Below, piece after piece: positions 32,870 through 46,251 of a stretch of 64,000 nucleotides of DNA. The position numbers and the translations under genes were made by a program. Within the stretch, counting starts at the first letter, position 1; each line of letters begins with the position of its first letter. The DNA lies in assembly GCF_056712565.1 (NCBI RefSeq), contig NZ_CM160072.1; one strand, 5' to 3'. The notes beneath the pieces were generated by a model. The model was not told where the DNA came from and ran no database searches. It saw nothing but the letters and a program-made list of their open reading frames with translations.

Positions 32870-33367
32870 ATGCTGAAACCAGAAATGATTGAAAAACTTA
32901 ATGAGCAGATGAACCTGGAACTGTACTCTTCACTGCTTTATCAGCAAATGAGCGCCTGGTGCAGCTATCATACCTTCGAAGGTGCTGCCGCGTTCCTGCG
33001 CCGTCACGCCCAGGAAGAGATGACGCATATGCAGCGTCTGTTTGATTACCTGACTGATACCGGCAACTTACCGCGTATTAATACCGTTGAATCTCCGTTT
33101 GCTGAATATTCCTCACTTGATGAATTATTCCAGGAAACCTATAAACACGAACAATTAATCACGCAGAAAATTAACGAACTGGCTCATGCTGCAATGACCA
33201 ATCAGGACTACCCAACATTTAATTTCCTGCAATGGTATGTTTCTGAGCAGCATGAAGAAGAGAAACTGTTCAAATCGATTATTGATAAATTAAGCCTTGC
33301 AGGCAAAAGCGGCGAAGGTCTGTATTTTATCGACAAAGAACTCTCTACCCTCGACACACAAAACTAA
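32870..33367 (+). CDS. ftnA: Ferritin FtnA
   Basis: ORF 32855..33367; start set at [13 protein letters not shown] (165 aa). Confidence 0.9.
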
Positions 33368-33373
33368 TGCTCT

Positions 33374-33401
33374 CCGGCGGCAGGTTTTCTGCCGCCGTTT
33401 C
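33374..33401 (+). terminator. Rho-independent terminator after ftnA
   Basis: ccggcggcag...ctgccgccg hairpin followed by TTTC. Confidence 0.6.
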
Positions 33402-33404
33402 AAA

Positions 33405-33644
33405 TCAGTGACGGCAAATCTTACTCTGATCGGTTGAAAAACCTTCTTCTGAAGGTATAAATTTGCCTTTTGCTGCCAGAAACGCCACCAACTCTCCCGC
33501 AGTCATCCCTTCTGCCGAGCAGGTGTGAAAACGTGCCTGTTCACCAAAACGCGCTTTAATTGCTGCTTCCAGACTGGCATGCGTATATTGCTCGCCTGAT
33601 TCAATCATCATATTTAACACTTCGTGACCGTGAATAGAGTCCAT
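33405..33644 (-). CDS. yecH: Uncharacterised protein YecH
   Basis: 79-aa ORF at the conserved position between ftnA and tyrP. Confidence 0.7.
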   Translation of the reverse strand: MDSIHGHEVLNMMIESGEQYTHASLEAAIKARFGEQARFHTCSAEGMTAGELVAFLAAKGKFIPSEEGFSTDQSKICRH

Positions 33645-33834
33645 CGTTCCTCCTCAAAAAAAGCCTAGCGTAGCGATTACCGCTTATGAAGACTTTGCGC
33701 CAGCGCAGAACTGAACGCTTTTTATTGTACATTTATATTTACAACATATGTAACGTTGGTTTGACGAATCAGCCGTTATGCCTTAACCTGCGCCGCAGAT
33801 ATCACTCATAAAGATCGTCAGGACAGAAGAAAGC

Positions 33835-35046
33835 GTGAAAAACAGAACTCTGGGAAGTGTTTTTATCGTGGCGGGAACCACAATTGGCGCTGGTATGCTG
33901 GCAATGCCGCTGGCTGCGGCAGGTGTTGGTTTTAGCGTCACGTTAATCTTGTTAATTGGGCTTTGGGCATTGATGTGCTACACGGCGCTATTACTGCTGG
34001 AGGTGTACCAGCATGTCCCGGCAGATACCGGTCTGGGCACGCTGGCAAAACGCTATCTGGGACGCTACGGTCAGTGGCTGACGGGCTTCAGTATGATGTT
34101 CTTAATGTATGCTCTGACTGCGGCATACATCAGCGGTGCCGGTGAATTGTTGGCCTCCAGCATCAGCGACTGGACAGGTATTTCAATGTCGGCAACCGCT
34201 GGCGTGCTGTTGTTCACTTTTGTTGCCGGTGGCGTGGTTTGTGTCGGAACTTCGCTGGTCGATTTATTTAACCGTTTTCTGTTCAGCGCCAAAATTATTT
34301 TTTTGGTGGTGATGCTGGTATTGCTGCTACCGCATATTCACAAAGTGAATCTTTTAACCCTGCCGTTGCAACAGGGACTGGCACTGTCTGCAATCCCGGT
34401 GATTTTTACGTCGTTTGGTTTTCACGGTAGCGTGCCGAGTATTGTCAGCTATATGGATGGCAACATTCGTAAGCTACGCTGGGTGTTTATAATCGGTAGT
34501 GCGATCCCCCTGGTGGCATATATTTTCTGGCAGCTGGCGACCCTTGGCAGCATTGATTCAACAACCTTTATGGGATTGCTGGCTAATCATGCCGGATTAA
34601 ACGGGCTGTTACAGGCGTTACGCGAAATGGTGGCCTCTCCGCATGTTGAGCTGGCAGTGCATTTATTTGCTGATTTAGCCCTCGCCACGTCCTTCCTCGG
34701 CGTAGCGTTAGGCTTATTTGATTATCTGGCAGATTTGTTTCAGCGTTCAAATACCGTTGGTGGACGATTGCAAACTGGTGCAATTACCTTTCTGCCGCCA
34801 CTGGCGTTTGCACTGTTTTATCCACGAGGATTTGTGATGGCGCTGGGTTACGCCGGTGTGGCACTGGCGGTACTGGCATTGATTATCCCTTCGCTGTTGA
34901 CCTGGCAAAGCAGGAAGCACAATCCTCAGGCGGGTTACCGGGTGAAAGGTGGTCGTCCGGCGCTGGTGGTGGTGTTTCTCTGTGGTATTGCTGTGATTGG
35001 CGTGCAATTTTTGATTGCGGCAGGCTTGTTACCAGAAGTGGGGTGA
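33835..35046 (+). CDS. tyrP: Tyrosine-specific transporter TyrP
   Basis: 403-aa polytopic membrane protein of the aromatic amino acid permease family. Confidence 0.9.
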   Translation: MKNRTLGSVFIVAGTTIGAGMLAMPLAAAGVGFSVTLILLIGLWALMCYTALLLLEVYQHVPADTGLGTLAKRYLGRYGQWLTGFSMMFLMYALTAAYISGAGELLASSISDWTGISMSATAGVLLFTFVAGGVVCVGTSLVDLFNRFLFSAKIIFLVVMLVLLLPHIHKVNLLTLPLQQGLALSAIPVIFTSFGFHGSVPSIVSYMDGNIRKLRWVFIIGSAIPLVAYIFWQLATLGSIDSTTFMGLLANHAGLNGLLQALREMVASPHVELAVHLFADLALATSFLGVALGLFDYLADLFQRSNTVGGRLQTGAITFLPPLAFALFYPRGFVMALGYAGVALAVLALIIPSLLTWQSRKHNPQAGYRVKGGRPALVVVFLCGIAVIGVQFLIAAGLLPEVG

Positions 35047-35096
35047 TTAGATTCTTATTGGGTGCCAGAATTAACGCTGACACCCAATGTGACCTC

Positions 35097-35762
35097 TTAA
35101 TGCAGGCAGCACTGCTTAAATTTCTTACCACTGCCACACGGACAAGGATCGTTACGCCCCGGTTTCTCTTCTGCTTTGATCGGTTGCTGAACAGCTTTTT
35201 CCTGCGGATGCGCCATCCAGTATGCATGTAAATCAAGCGCCGCCAGCCGAATAGCATCTACGCTCTCTTCAAACGCTTCTGGCGACATCTTCTCTACCCG
35301 CTCGAAGTTTTCCTCAGTACCGTGCAGCGCAATCGCCTCCAGCGCTGGTTTTAACGAATCGGGCAACGTTGACCAGTCAGAAAGTGCCACGCCCCGCATA
35401 TAGCCAAAGCACCACTCCTCAACAATCGTCAGCTCGCTGCCATCGACTTCTCGCAAGCCGAATAACGGCTCAAACTGCTCCGGGAATTCGTTCAGACGCT
35501 CTGCGGTATCGGCCATATGTTGAAAAGCCAGGTTCATAAAGCGCGTCATCTCTTTCTCTGACGCCCAGCGCGGCACATAGTCAGCCCCACCCCACACGGC
35601 AACCAGCCACTGTGCCGGTTCAATCTCTTGCGGAGAACTCAACACCGCCGTCAATAAACCGTCCAGCTCCGCCACATCAAGAATGGCGTGGTCAGTGTTG
35701 TATTTGGTCAGAATATCGTCCAGCCATTCCAACTCACTTTCGTTTAACGGTCCCGTTTTCAT
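35097..35762 (-). CDS. yecA: UPF0149-family protein YecA with C-terminal SEC-C zinc motif
   Basis: 221 aa ending in [13 protein letters not shown]. Confidence 0.85.
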   Translation of the reverse strand: MKTGPLNESELEWLDDILTKYNTDHAILDVAELDGLLTAVLSSPQEIEPAQWLVAVWGGADYVPRWASEKEMTRFMNLAFQHMADTAERLNEFPEQFEPLFGLREVDGSELTIVEEWCFGYMRGVALSDWSTLPDSLKPALEAIALHGTEENFERVEKMSPEAFEESVDAIRLAALDLHAYWMAHPQEKAVQQPIKAEEKPGRNDPCPCGSGKKFKQCCLH

Positions 35763-35957
35763 ACGCTTTTCCTTGTGGATCTCAACTCGCCAGCACCTAT
35801 CTTACATGCCGGTCCGTATCAGAGATACTTTTTGAGTGGCTTTGCCGGTGATTAAAAATTAAGGAGGGTGTAACGACAAGTTGCAGGCACAAAAAAACCA
35901 CCCGAAGGTGGTTTCACGACACTGCTTATTGCTTTGATTTTATTCTTATCTTTCCCA

Positions 35958-36044
35958 TGGTACCCGGAGCGGGACTTGAACCCGCACAGCGCGAACGCCG
36001 AGGGATTTTAAATCCCTTGTGTCTACCGATTCCACCATCCGGGC
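35958..36044 (-). tRNA. leuZ: tRNA-Leu (anticodon UAA)
   Basis: Reverse complement reads GCCCGGATGGTGGAATCGGTAGACACAAGGGATTTAAAATCCCTCGGCGTTCGCGCTGTGCGGGTTCAAGTCCCGCTCCGGGTACCA. Confidence 0.9.
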
Positions 36045-36056
36045 TCGGGAAGAAAG

Positions 36057-36130
36057 TGGAGGCGCGTTCCGGAGTCGAACCGGACTAGACGGATTTGCAA
36101 TCCGCTACATAACCGCTTTGTTAACGCGCC
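36057..36130 (-). tRNA. cysT: tRNA-Cys (anticodon GCA)
   Basis: Reverse complement reads GGCGCGTTAACAAAGCGGTTATGTAGCGGATTGCAAATCCGTCTAGTCCGGTTCGACTCCGGAACGCGCCTCCA. Confidence 0.9.
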
Positions 36131-36184
36131 AAATTCTTCAGGCCTTTCAGCCATACATCCGCTTGACGCCGATGTCTTTTAAAC

Positions 36185-36260
<76 letters not shown>

Positions 36261-36411
36261 ATTCATCAAGCAATCAGTTAATCACTTGATTTTATTATCG
36301 TCTGGCAATCAGTGCCGCCGTTCGATGCGTTGCATTCTACTTACCTGGCGCGATGAGTCAACGATATTTTTCACCACTTTTGATCGTTTGCTGAAAATTG
36401 CGCCGAAACGA

Positions 36412-36960
36412 TCACTGATCAAGCAAATCTGCACGCGCAGCGCTCAAATATTGCAACATTGACCACAGAGTCAGTACCGCAGCCACAAAGAAAAGTGCAA
36501 TACCGGCGTACTCAACCCAAATGTTCGGACGCCACAGCAGCCAGGCTAACGCCACCATCTGGGCAGTGGTTTTCACTTTCCCAATCCAGGAGACAGCCAC
36601 GCTACTGCGTTTACCCAACTCCGCCATCCATTCGCGTAGCGCAGAAATAATAATTTCACGGGCGATCATCGTTGCTGCCGGTAAGGTCACCCACCAGCTG
36701 TGGTAATGCTCGGTTACCAGCACCATGGCGATAGCCACGAGAACTTTATCTGCGACAGGGTCAAGGAAAGCACCAAACCGGGTACTCTGATTCCAGCGGC
36801 GTGCCAGAAAACCATCGAACCAGTCAGTCACCGCCGCGACGCAGAAAATGAGCGCGGCGGCAAACGGCGACCAGGTGACAGGCAGATAAAAGACCAATAC
36901 AAAGAATGGGATAAGGATGACACGGAACAGTGTAAGCAACGTAGGGATATTAAATTGCAT
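36412..36960 (-). CDS. pgsA: CDP-diacylglycerol--glycerol-3-phosphate 3-phosphatidyltransferase PgsA
   Basis: 182-aa membrane protein with CDP-alcohol phosphatidyltransferase motif (DGFLAR...). Confidence 0.9.
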
Positions 36961-37016
36961 AATGACGGGTAACTATCTGTTGTCAGTAAGATTACCCCTA
37001 TGTTGCTACAGAGACA

Positions 37017-38849
37017 TCAATGTTTCAACGACCAGAAGATCTTTTCTGCCAGACCTTGCGAAATACCCGGCACTTTTGCAATTTCCTCAACGCTGGCGTT
37101 ACGTAAACCTTGCAAACCACCCATATATTTCAACAACATTTGCCGACGTTTTGGCCCGATGCCTTCAATGGTTTCCAGGGAACTGGTATTTTTGACCTTC
37201 GCCCGTTTTTTACGGTGCCCGCCAATCGCGTGATCGTGTGATTCATCGCGAATATGCTGGATAACATGCAGCGCGGGAGAATCTGGCGGCAAACTAAATC
37301 CCTCACCTTCCGGCTCAAAGAACAGCGTTTCCAGCCCAGCCTTACGATCTGCTCCTTTGGCAACGCCAAGTAGCAGCGGATGATTTTTATCCCATGAGAC
37401 ATCCAGTTCGGCGAAGACATTTTTCGCCTGCGCAAGCTGGCCTTTGCCGCCGTCTATAAGGATCACATCCGGGATCTTACTGTCGTCAATGGCTTTACCA
37501 TAACGCCGACGCAGCACCTGATTCATCGCCGCATAATCATCGCCCGGTGTGATGCCAGTAATGTTATAGCGCCGATACTCCGCACGCAGCGGGCCGTTAG
37601 CATCAAACACCACACAGGAAGCGACGGTTTGTTCACCCATGGTATGGCTGATGTCAAAGCACTCCATCCGCTTCACTTCCGGCAATTTCAACACGCTGGC
37701 AAGCGCGGTCAGCCGCTGGTGAACGGTAGATTGCTGCGAAAGTTTGCTGGTTAAGGCCGTCGCCGCATTGGTACGCGCGAGTTTCAGATAACGCGCTCTA
37801 TCGCCACGAGGTTTGGTTTGAACATTAATCTTGCGTCCCGCCAGTTCTGAAAGGGAATCGGCGAGCAGCGTTTTATCGCTAAGATTAAAATCGAGCAGGA
37901 TCTCACCCGGTAAGGTGCGCATCTGGCTGCCTTGTAAATAGAACTGACCTACGAAGGTTTCCACCACCTCGCTCAGTTCCGTACTGCCAGGCACTTTCGG
38001 GAAATAGCTGCGGCTGCCGAGCACTTTGCCCTGACGAATGAACAATACGTGGACACAAGCCATACCCGCATCGAACGCCACTCCAATAACGTCAAGGTCG
38101 TCGCCGGTATTGGAAACAAACTGTTTTTCGGTGACACGTCGCACCGCCTGAATTTGGTCGCGAATCCGCGCCGCTTCTTCAAACTCCAGATTCTGGCTGG
38201 CAGTTTCCATACGACTAATGAGTTGCGTAAGCACCTGATCATCTTTGCCAGACAAAAACAGGCGCACATACTCGACCTGCTGAGCGTATTCTTCTTCACT
38301 CACCAGTCCTTCAACGCACGGCCCCAGACAGCGCCCTATCTGATATTGCAGACACGGACGCGAGCGGTTGCGATAAACACTGTTTTCGCACTGGCGAATG
38401 GGGAAAATCTTTTGCAGTAGCGCCAGTGTTTCACGTACGGCATAGCCATTCGGGAACGGGCCGAAATATTCACCTTTGGCATGCTTCGCTCCACGATGCA
38501 TCGCCAGACGCGGGTGGGTATCGCCACTCAGGAAGATAAAAGGATATGATTTATCATCGCGTAGCAAAACGTTGTAACGCGGCTGATAAAGTTTGATGTA
38601 GTTGTGTTCCAGTAACAGCGCTTCGGTTTCTGTATGAGTAACCGTTACATCAATTTGCTGGATCTGGGCGACCAGCGCTTCGGTTTTGCGCGAAGCGAGG
38701 TTGCTACGGAAATAGCTGGAAAGCCGTTTTTTCAGGTCTTTCGCTTTGCCGACATAGATAACCGTACCACCAGCATCGTACATGCGATAAACGCCTGGCT
38801 GGCTGGTTACGGTTTTTAAAAACGCTTTTGCGTCAAACTGATCACTCAC
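37017..38849 (-). CDS. uvrC: Excinuclease ABC subunit C UvrC
   Basis: 610 aa with N-terminal GIY-YIG domain ([24 protein letters not shown]) and C-terminal HhH. Confidence 0.95.
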   Translation of the reverse strand: MSDQFDAKAFLKTVTSQPGVYRMYDAGGTVIYVGKAKDLKKRLSSYFRSNLASRKTEALVAQIQQIDVTVTHTETEALLLEHNYIKLYQPRYNVLLRDDKSYPFIFLSGDTHPRLAMHRGAKHAKGEYFGPFPNGYAVRETLALLQKIFPIRQCENSVYRNRSRPCLQYQIGRCLGPCVEGLVSEEEYAQQVEYVRLFLSGKDDQVLTQLISRMETASQNLEFEEAARIRDQIQAVRRVTEKQFVSNTGDDLDVIGVAFDAGMACVHVLFIRQGKVLGSRSYFPKVPGSTELSEVVETFVGQFYLQGSQMRTLPGEILLDFNLSDKTLLADSLSELAGRKINVQTKPRGDRARYLKLARTNAATALTSKLSQQSTVHQRLTALASVLKLPEVKRMECFDISHTMGEQTVASCVVFDANGPLRAEYRRYNITGITPGDDYAAMNQVLRRRYGKAIDDSKIPDVILIDGGKGQLAQAKNVFAELDVSWDKNHPLLLGVAKGADRKAGLETLFFEPEGEGFSLPPDSPALHVIQHIRDESHDHAIGGHRKKRAKVKNTSSLETIEGIGPKRRQMLLKYMGGLQGLRNASVEEIAKVPGISQGLAEKIFWSLKH

Positions 38850-39502
38850 TGACTTGATAATGTCTCCGCATTACACAGACCATGGCGAATTGCCAGGTGA
38901 GTCAGCTCAACATCGCCATGAATGTTTAGTTTACTGAACATACGATAGCGGTAGCTGTTCACCGTTTTCGGACTGAGATTGAGCTGTTCTGAGATCTCAT
39001 TGACCTTCTGGCCCTTGGTGATCATCAGCATAATCTGCAATTCACGTTCAGACAAACTGGCAAATGGGCTTTCTGTTTTTTCTGGTTCGATCTGGCTTAA
39101 CGCCATTTGTTGAGCGATATCAGAAGCAATGTAACGCTGCCCTGAATAGACAGAACGAATCGCACTCACGACTTCCTGCGGAGCCGCGCCTTTGCTGAGG
39201 TAGCCCGCAGCTCCGGCCTGCATGACTTTCGCTGGTAAAGGGTTTTCTGTATGGACGGTAAGCATGATGATTTTGACATCAGCTGTGGAACGCGCGATTT
39301 TACGCGTCGCCTCAAGACCGCCAATGCCCGGCATACTCATGTCCATTAGCACCACGTCAACGGCATTTGCCCGGCACCATTTAACGGCGTCTTCACCGCA
39401 CGATGCCTCACCGACGACTTTTATACCCTTTATATCTTCCAGAATGCGTCGTATCCCTGCGCGCACCAGTTCGTGGTCATCAACAAGTAGAACGTTGATC
39501 AA
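38846..39502 (-). CDS. uvrY: Response regulator UvrY (BarA partner, LuxR/FixJ family)
   Basis: 218 aa, receiver domain plus LuxR-type HTH; 4-bp overlap with uvrC. Confidence 0.95.
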   Translation of the reverse strand: MINVLLVDDHELVRAGIRRILEDIKGIKVVGEASCGEDAVKWCRANAVDVVLMDMSMPGIGGLEATRKIARSTADVKIIMLTVHTENPLPAKVMQAGAAGYLSKGAAPQEVVSAIRSVYSGQRYIASDIAQQMALSQIEPEKTESPFASLSERELQIMLMITKGQKVNEISEQLNLSPKTVNSYRYRMFSKLNIHGDVELTHLAIRHGLCNAETLSSQ

Positions 39503-39960
39503 AGGAATATCTCCAGAAATAGGGATAACGCTACTGATAGTTAGTCATTCGTATATTAGCGGTTTTTATTGCAACTTTGAAACGTTAAAAATGGTGGGTA
39601 TTCGATTTTTCTCTCGTTTTTGTCAATTCGATTGTCCACAGTTATGGTCACGCCCGTCACCAACGGCTTCCGGGATCGTTTCACAGTAAGCCCGGCGATG
39701 AAATGTGACAAAAATTGACTTTATTCAGCAAAAATGAAAATCAGCCCGCTGAATATGTAACATTAATTAACCCGAACAATACGGGCAAAAAACATTCATG
39801 ATAAAAATATTTATTGGTCATTATATTAACGTATTTTATAGTACTGTTGATATCACGCTCAAAAAACAACCACTGCTATTTTTAGCAAAGCTTATGGTAT
39901 ACTCCGCCGCCTTAACATTTTTCACCGCAAATTTTCATTGCAACATGACGAGGAAAATAA

Positions 39961-40185
39961 ATGAGTACGCCTGATTTTTCTACTGCCGAGAATAATCAAG
40001 AACTGGCAAATGAAGTCTCCTGCCTGAAAGCGATGCTGACGCTGATGCTGCAGGCGATGGGACAAGCTGACGCGGGCCGCGTGATGTTAAAGATGGAAAA
40101 ACAGCTTGCGCTGATCGAAGACGAAACCCAGGCTGCAGTATTTTCCAAAACGGTTAAGCAAATTAAACAAGCCTACCGTCAGTAA
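39961..40185 (+). CDS. yecF: Uncharacterised small protein YecF
   Basis: 74-aa ORF at the conserved position between uvrY and sdiA, followed by a terminator. Confidence 0.7.
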
Positions 40186-40189
40186 TATA

Positions 40190-40223
40190 AAACCGGCTGA
40201 GAGCGTGCCTTTCAGCCGGTTTT
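40190..40223 (+). terminator. Rho-independent terminator after yecF
   Basis: aaccggctga...tcagccggtt hairpin followed by TTTT. Confidence 0.65.
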
Positions 40224-40252
40224 TGCATCTGGCACGCAGAACAGAAAAGAGA

Positions 40253-40975
40253 TCAAATTAAGCCAGTAGCGGCCGCGTAACAGGCAACCTGCGTCTTATT
40301 CGGTGCATTGATTTTTTTCTGCATGTTTTTCTGATGGAAATTGACCGTATTCTCAGAGATTGACAAAATCATCGCTATCTCTGCTGATGTCTTACCTTCC
40401 GCCGTCCATTTCAGAATTTCTTTTTCGCGCTTGCTGAAATTCATCTCTGGCGTCATCACTATTTCATCATTTAAACGCATCAGAGCCATCAGACTTTCGC
40501 GCACCAGTAGCTGCATTTTTAATTGCAGTTCATCACTAAGAATGGGTATTTCGCGCGTGCTGCAACGGGAAAAGGACAAAAAGCCCAACGCCCGATTTGG
40601 CAGCATTAAATACTGAGTGACACCGCGGCGTAAACCATGTGCGCGCGCAGCTTCCCATAACGGCTGTGCTTCGCTGAATAAGTCATCATTCCACATTAAA
40701 TGGCCCTGACTAAAGTTTTCAGGGTTCAGCACCGGATCAATTGCGAGAAAATTTTTTGCCTGATAATAACTAACCCACGACTCAGGGTAATTGGTATAGA
40801 AAGCCACTTTAGGTCGCGTGAATGGTACCGGGTGGCGAACACATAACGAATAGTAATCGTACTCCAGCTGCTGAGCCTGAAGCTCTATTTCATGGTAGAC
40901 CTCTTCTGCGGCCTCCATCCTCTGAAAACGCAACAACATCGTGCGAAGCCAGCTGAAAAAATCCGTATCCTGCAT
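40253..40975 (-). CDS. sdiA: LuxR-type quorum-sensing regulator SdiA
   Basis: ORF 40253..40987; start set at MQDTDFFSW (240 aa); autoinducer-binding domain plus LuxR HTH. Confidence 0.9.
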   Translation of the reverse strand: MQDTDFFSWLRTMLLRFQRMEAAEEVYHEIELQAQQLEYDYYSLCVRHPVPFTRPKVAFYTNYPESWVSYYQAKNFLAIDPVLNPENFSQGHLMWNDDLFSEAQPLWEAARAHGLRRGVTQYLMLPNRALGFLSFSRCSTREIPILSDELQLKMQLLVRESLMALMRLNDEIVMTPEMNFSKREKEILKWTAEGKTSAEIAMILSISENTVNFHQKNMQKKINAPNKTQVACYAAATGLI

Positions 40976-41204
40976 AGTAAACCGCAACGCCCCTGAGAGT
41001 GAGTATCATTTATAATGATAATTCAAACTATCACATAAATAAGATTTATATATAATTTATATTATTCAGGCAATGAATTACTTTTGCAAGCCATCGCATT
41101 CTCTTATGTTATTAATGAGTTATGCTGATTTGTTAAGCAGTTTTATCACGTTTGAAATGGCGTCCCGCCCCGACTGGTGAATCGTCGGGGCTGATTTTTT
41201 CTTA

Positions 41205-41957
41205 TTATTGCAGCAGAAACTTCTCCATGAACTGGCGGGTGCGAGGCTGCTGAGGATCAGCAAATAACGCTTTTGCTACCCCCTGCTCGACTATCCGCCC
41301 CTGGTCCATAAAAATCGCCCGGTCCGCAACATCCCGGGCAAAGCTCATTTCGTGCGTCACAATCACCATCGTGCGCTTTTCCTGCGCCAGCTGACGAATG
41401 GTGTTCAGGACTTCGCCCACCAGCTCTGGATCCAGCGCCGACGTTGGCTCATCAAACAAAATCACTTCAGGACGCATTGCCAGAGCACGCGCAATCGCAA
41501 CGCGCTGCTGTTGACCGCCAGACAAACGACGTGGATAACTGGTTTCTTTACCGGCCAGCCCAACTTTCGCCAGCAGCTCGCGAGCGCGCGCCGTGGCCTC
41601 TTCTTTCGGTTCGCCTTTGACGATCACCGGCCCTTCAATAATGTTTTCCAGCACCGTACGATGCGGAAACAGATTAAAGTTCTGGAAGACAAACCCGACG
41701 TGCTGACGCAACTGGCGAATCAGCGATTTTTGCTGACTTAATGAACGTGCAGTATCAATAGTGATATCGCCAACGGTGATGGTTCCCGCTTCCGGTTGTT
41801 CCAGCAGATTTATGCTGCGTAGCAACGTGGTTTTGCCGGAACCACTCGGACCGATAATAGCCACTACTTCGCCAGGCTTCACCTCAAGGTCGATACCATG
41901 CAGCACCGTCTGACCGTGGAATTTTTTCACCAGGTTCTTAACTTCAATGGCACTCAT
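41205..41957 (-). CDS. tcyN: Cystine ABC transporter ATP-binding protein TcyN (YecC)
   Basis: 250-aa ABC ATPase (Walker A GPSGSGKTT, signature LSGGQQQR). Confidence 0.9.
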   Translation of the reverse strand: MSAIEVKNLVKKFHGQTVLHGIDLEVKPGEVVAIIGPSGSGKTTLLRSINLLEQPEAGTITVGDITIDTARSLSQQKSLIRQLRQHVGFVFQNFNLFPHRTVLENIIEGPVIVKGEPKEEATARARELLAKVGLAGKETSYPRRLSGGQQQRVAIARALAMRPEVILFDEPTSALDPELVGEVLNTIRQLAQEKRTMVIVTHEMSFARDVADRAIFMDQGRIVEQGVAKALFADPQQPRTRQFMEKFLLQ

Positions 41958-42622
41958 TTGGGTTCCCTCTCCTGGCGATTAAGTTGATTCTCAAAATGGT
42001 TCTGCAACGTCGATAACACAGTCGCCATAATCCAGTAGATGAGCGAAGCCGCCAGGTACATGGTGAACACCTCCAGCGTGCGCGAGGTAATCAACTGCGC
42101 CTGACGGAACAGCTCCGGCACCTGGATTGTCGCGGCCAGCGACGTATCTTTTACCAGGCTGATAAAGCTGTTCGACAGCGGCGGCAACGCCACCCGCGCC
42201 GCCTGTGGCAAAATCGCGCGACGCATGGTCTGCCATGGCGTCATACCAATACTGGCTGCAGCTTCCCACTGACCTTTATCAATAGAAGAAATGGCGGCGC
42301 GCAGCGTTTCGGCAGCATAGGCGGCAGTGTTCAGCGACAGACCAATCATTGCTGACGGAATGGGATCTAGTTCGATGCCAAACTGCGGCAAGCCGTAATA
42401 GATCATAAACAGTTGGGCGATGAGCGGCGTACCACGAAAAATAGAGATATAAAAACGCGCCAGCCAGCGCACGGGCCAGATTGGCGAAAGGCGCATCAGC
42501 GCGAGAATAAACCCTAGCAGTAAGCCAAAAAACATGCCGCCGATACTGAGTTGCAGCGTATACCCAGCCCCTTTCAGCAGGAACGGCAAGGAATCAATAA
42601 CCAGTTGTATACTTTCTTGCAT
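41954..42622 (-). CDS. tcyL: Cystine ABC transporter permease TcyL (YecS)
   Basis: 222-aa polar amino acid ABC permease; 4-bp overlap with tcyN. Confidence 0.9.
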   Translation of the reverse strand: MQESIQLVIDSLPFLLKGAGYTLQLSIGGMFFGLLLGFILALMRLSPIWPVRWLARFYISIFRGTPLIAQLFMIYYGLPQFGIELDPIPSAMIGLSLNTAAYAAETLRAAISSIDKGQWEAAASIGMTPWQTMRRAILPQAARVALPPLSNSFISLVKDTSLAATIQVPELFRQAQLITSRTLEVFTMYLAASLIYWIMATVLSTLQNHFENQLNRQEREPK

Positions 42623-42636
42623 GAGCGTTTCCGGAG

Positions 42637-44528
<1,892 letters not shown>

Positions 44529-44615
44529 ATTTACCCCGAATGTTGTTATGTCTGTTTGCAGTGTAGAGCCATTGTTTGTAAACACAAAAACAACTCCGCT
44601 ACATCTTATTCTTAT

Positions 44616-45167
44616 TTAATATATATCAGAAGCAGGTTGGCTGGAGGATTTCTGCACAAGTCCGGTACACGTTTGACGCTGATAGTGTTGATACTTCCGT
44701 AACGCGATGCGGTAATTGTTGGTGCTGGTGGAGGGCAGCCACGGGGCGAGGATTTCATCAAGGAAACCGTCCTGCAGCTGGTCGAGGGAAATATTTTGCT
44801 CGTGTAGATGATTCCCCAAACGGCGCAGACGAACGACATATTCACGCACCGTACCAGGGCTCATTTCAGTTTGCTCAAAAAGAAATTTCTTAAAGCCGAT
44901 AATATCGAAAAAATCACTCTGCGTTTTGCAATGTAAATCACCGCAAAATCGGCACAATGCCGCCCATGATTGTTGTTCCACTTGCCAGCCATTTTCATCA
45001 AGCAGCGTGTCCAGGCGGGAAATCTCGATTTTATTCACTATTTTGCCGTCGCGAACTAAGGTAATGCGATCGAGTAATTTACGGCAATGCGCGCAATGGG
45101 TCTGGCTGTGTTTAAAGTCTTTAAGATAGCGGCTTAATGGCCGTCTTTTCAGGTGCTGCACCATCAT
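44616..45167 (-). CDS. fliZ: Regulator FliZ
   Basis: ORF 44616..45203; start set at MMVQHLKRRPLSRYL (183 aa). Confidence 0.9.
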   Translation of the reverse strand: MMVQHLKRRPLSRYLKDFKHSQTHCAHCRKLLDRITLVRDGKIVNKIEISRLDTLLDENGWQVEQQSWAALCRFCGDLHCKTQSDFFDIIGFKKFLFEQTEMSPGTVREYVVRLRRLGNHLHEQNISLDQLQDGFLDEILAPWLPSTSTNNYRIALRKYQHYQRQTCTGLVQKSSSQPASDIY

Positions 45168-45212
45168 TAAGAACTCCTGGTAGTCAAAATTAAAGTGCGG
45201 CATTTACTGACG

Positions 45213-45932
45213 TTATAACTTACCCAGTTTAGTGCGTAACCGTTTAATAGCCTGGCTGTGTAACTGACTGACCCGCGATTCCCCGACCTCCAGCACCGCG
45301 CCAATCTCTTTGAGATTCAGCTCTTCCTGATAATAGAGGGTTAATACCAGTTTTTCGCGCTCCGGCAACGTTTCGATGGTTTCCATCACCCGCTGGCGCA
45401 GATTACTGTCCAGCAGTTGTTGTAGCGGGTTTTCTCGCTGATGATCATCAGTAACCAGTTCGATGCTATCGCCGTGCTCTTCGCGCCACTCATCGTAGGA
45501 GAAGAGCTGGCTGTTATTGGTGTCGAGCAACATTTGGCGATAATCGGCAATATCGATCCCTAAACGTTCCGCTACCTCAGTTTCCGTGGCGTTGCGGCCA
45601 AGTTCCTGCTCCAGTTGCCCTATTGCCTGTGCCACTTCACGCGCGTTGCGTCGCACGCTGCGCGGCACCCAGTCACGGCTGCGAAGTTCATCCAGCATAG
45701 CGCCACGTATACGCTGCACTGCGTAAGTTGTAAATGCCGTTCCTTGTAGGGCGTCATAGCGTTCGACGGCATTAAGTAACCCAATGCCGCCCGCCTGTAG
45801 CAGATCGTCAAGTTCCACGCTCGCGGGCAGTCGAACCTGCAGGCGCAATGCTTCGTGACGCACCAGCGGGACATAACGCTGCCACAGCGAGTGTTTATCC
45901 ATTACACCTTCAGCGGTATAGAGTGAATTCAC
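45213..45932 (-). CDS. fliA: Flagellar sigma factor FliA (sigma-28)
   Basis: 239-aa sigma-70-family protein with regions 2 and 4; a GCCGATAA -10-like element on the minus strand lies about 30 nt upstream (plus-strand ttatcggc at ~45958-45965). Confidence 0.95.
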   Translation of the reverse strand: MNSLYTAEGVMDKHSLWQRYVPLVRHEALRLQVRLPASVELDDLLQAGGIGLLNAVERYDALQGTAFTTYAVQRIRGAMLDELRSRDWVPRSVRRNAREVAQAIGQLEQELGRNATETEVAERLGIDIADYRQMLLDTNNSQLFSYDEWREEHGDSIELVTDDHQRENPLQQLLDSNLRQRVMETIETLPEREKLVLTLYYQEELNLKEIGAVLEVGESRVSQLHSQAIKRLRTKLGKL

Positions 45933-46053
45933 GATAAACAGCCCTGCGTTATATGAGTTATCGGCATGATTATCCGTTTCTGCAGGGTTTTTAATCGGGC
46001 GATTAGTGGGTGAAATGAGGGGTTATTTGGGGGTTACCGGTAAATTGCGGGCA

Positions 46054-46078
46054 GAAAAAAACCCCGCCGTTGGCGGGG
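46054..46078 (-). terminator. Rho-independent terminator at the end of the fliC 3' UTR
   Basis: ccccgcc-gttg-ggcgggg hairpin with a plus-strand A8 run (U-run on the minus-strand transcript). Confidence 0.7.
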
Positions 46079-46107
46079 AAGCACATTGCTGACAAATTAC
46101 GCTTCAT

Positions 46108-46210
46108 GTTGCCGGATGCGGCGTAACGCCTTATCCGGCCTACAAAAATCTGCAAATTAAATAAATTGCAATTCACCTTGTAGGCCTGATAAGCACAGCG
46201 CACCAGGCAA
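46108..46210. repeat. REP/BIME palindromes within the fliC 3' UTR
   Basis: gccggatgcggcgtaacgccttatccggcctaca and gtaggcctgataagcacagcgcaccaggca. Confidence 0.7.
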
Positions 46211-46251
46211 TTTGGCGTTGCCGTCAGTCTCAGTTAATCAGGTTACGGCGA

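Noticed and set aside
39222-39689. 155-aa plus-strand ORF overlapping the uvrY 5' end
   Set aside because: Mostly antisense to uvrY; Ser/Thr/Pro-rich composition; no support.
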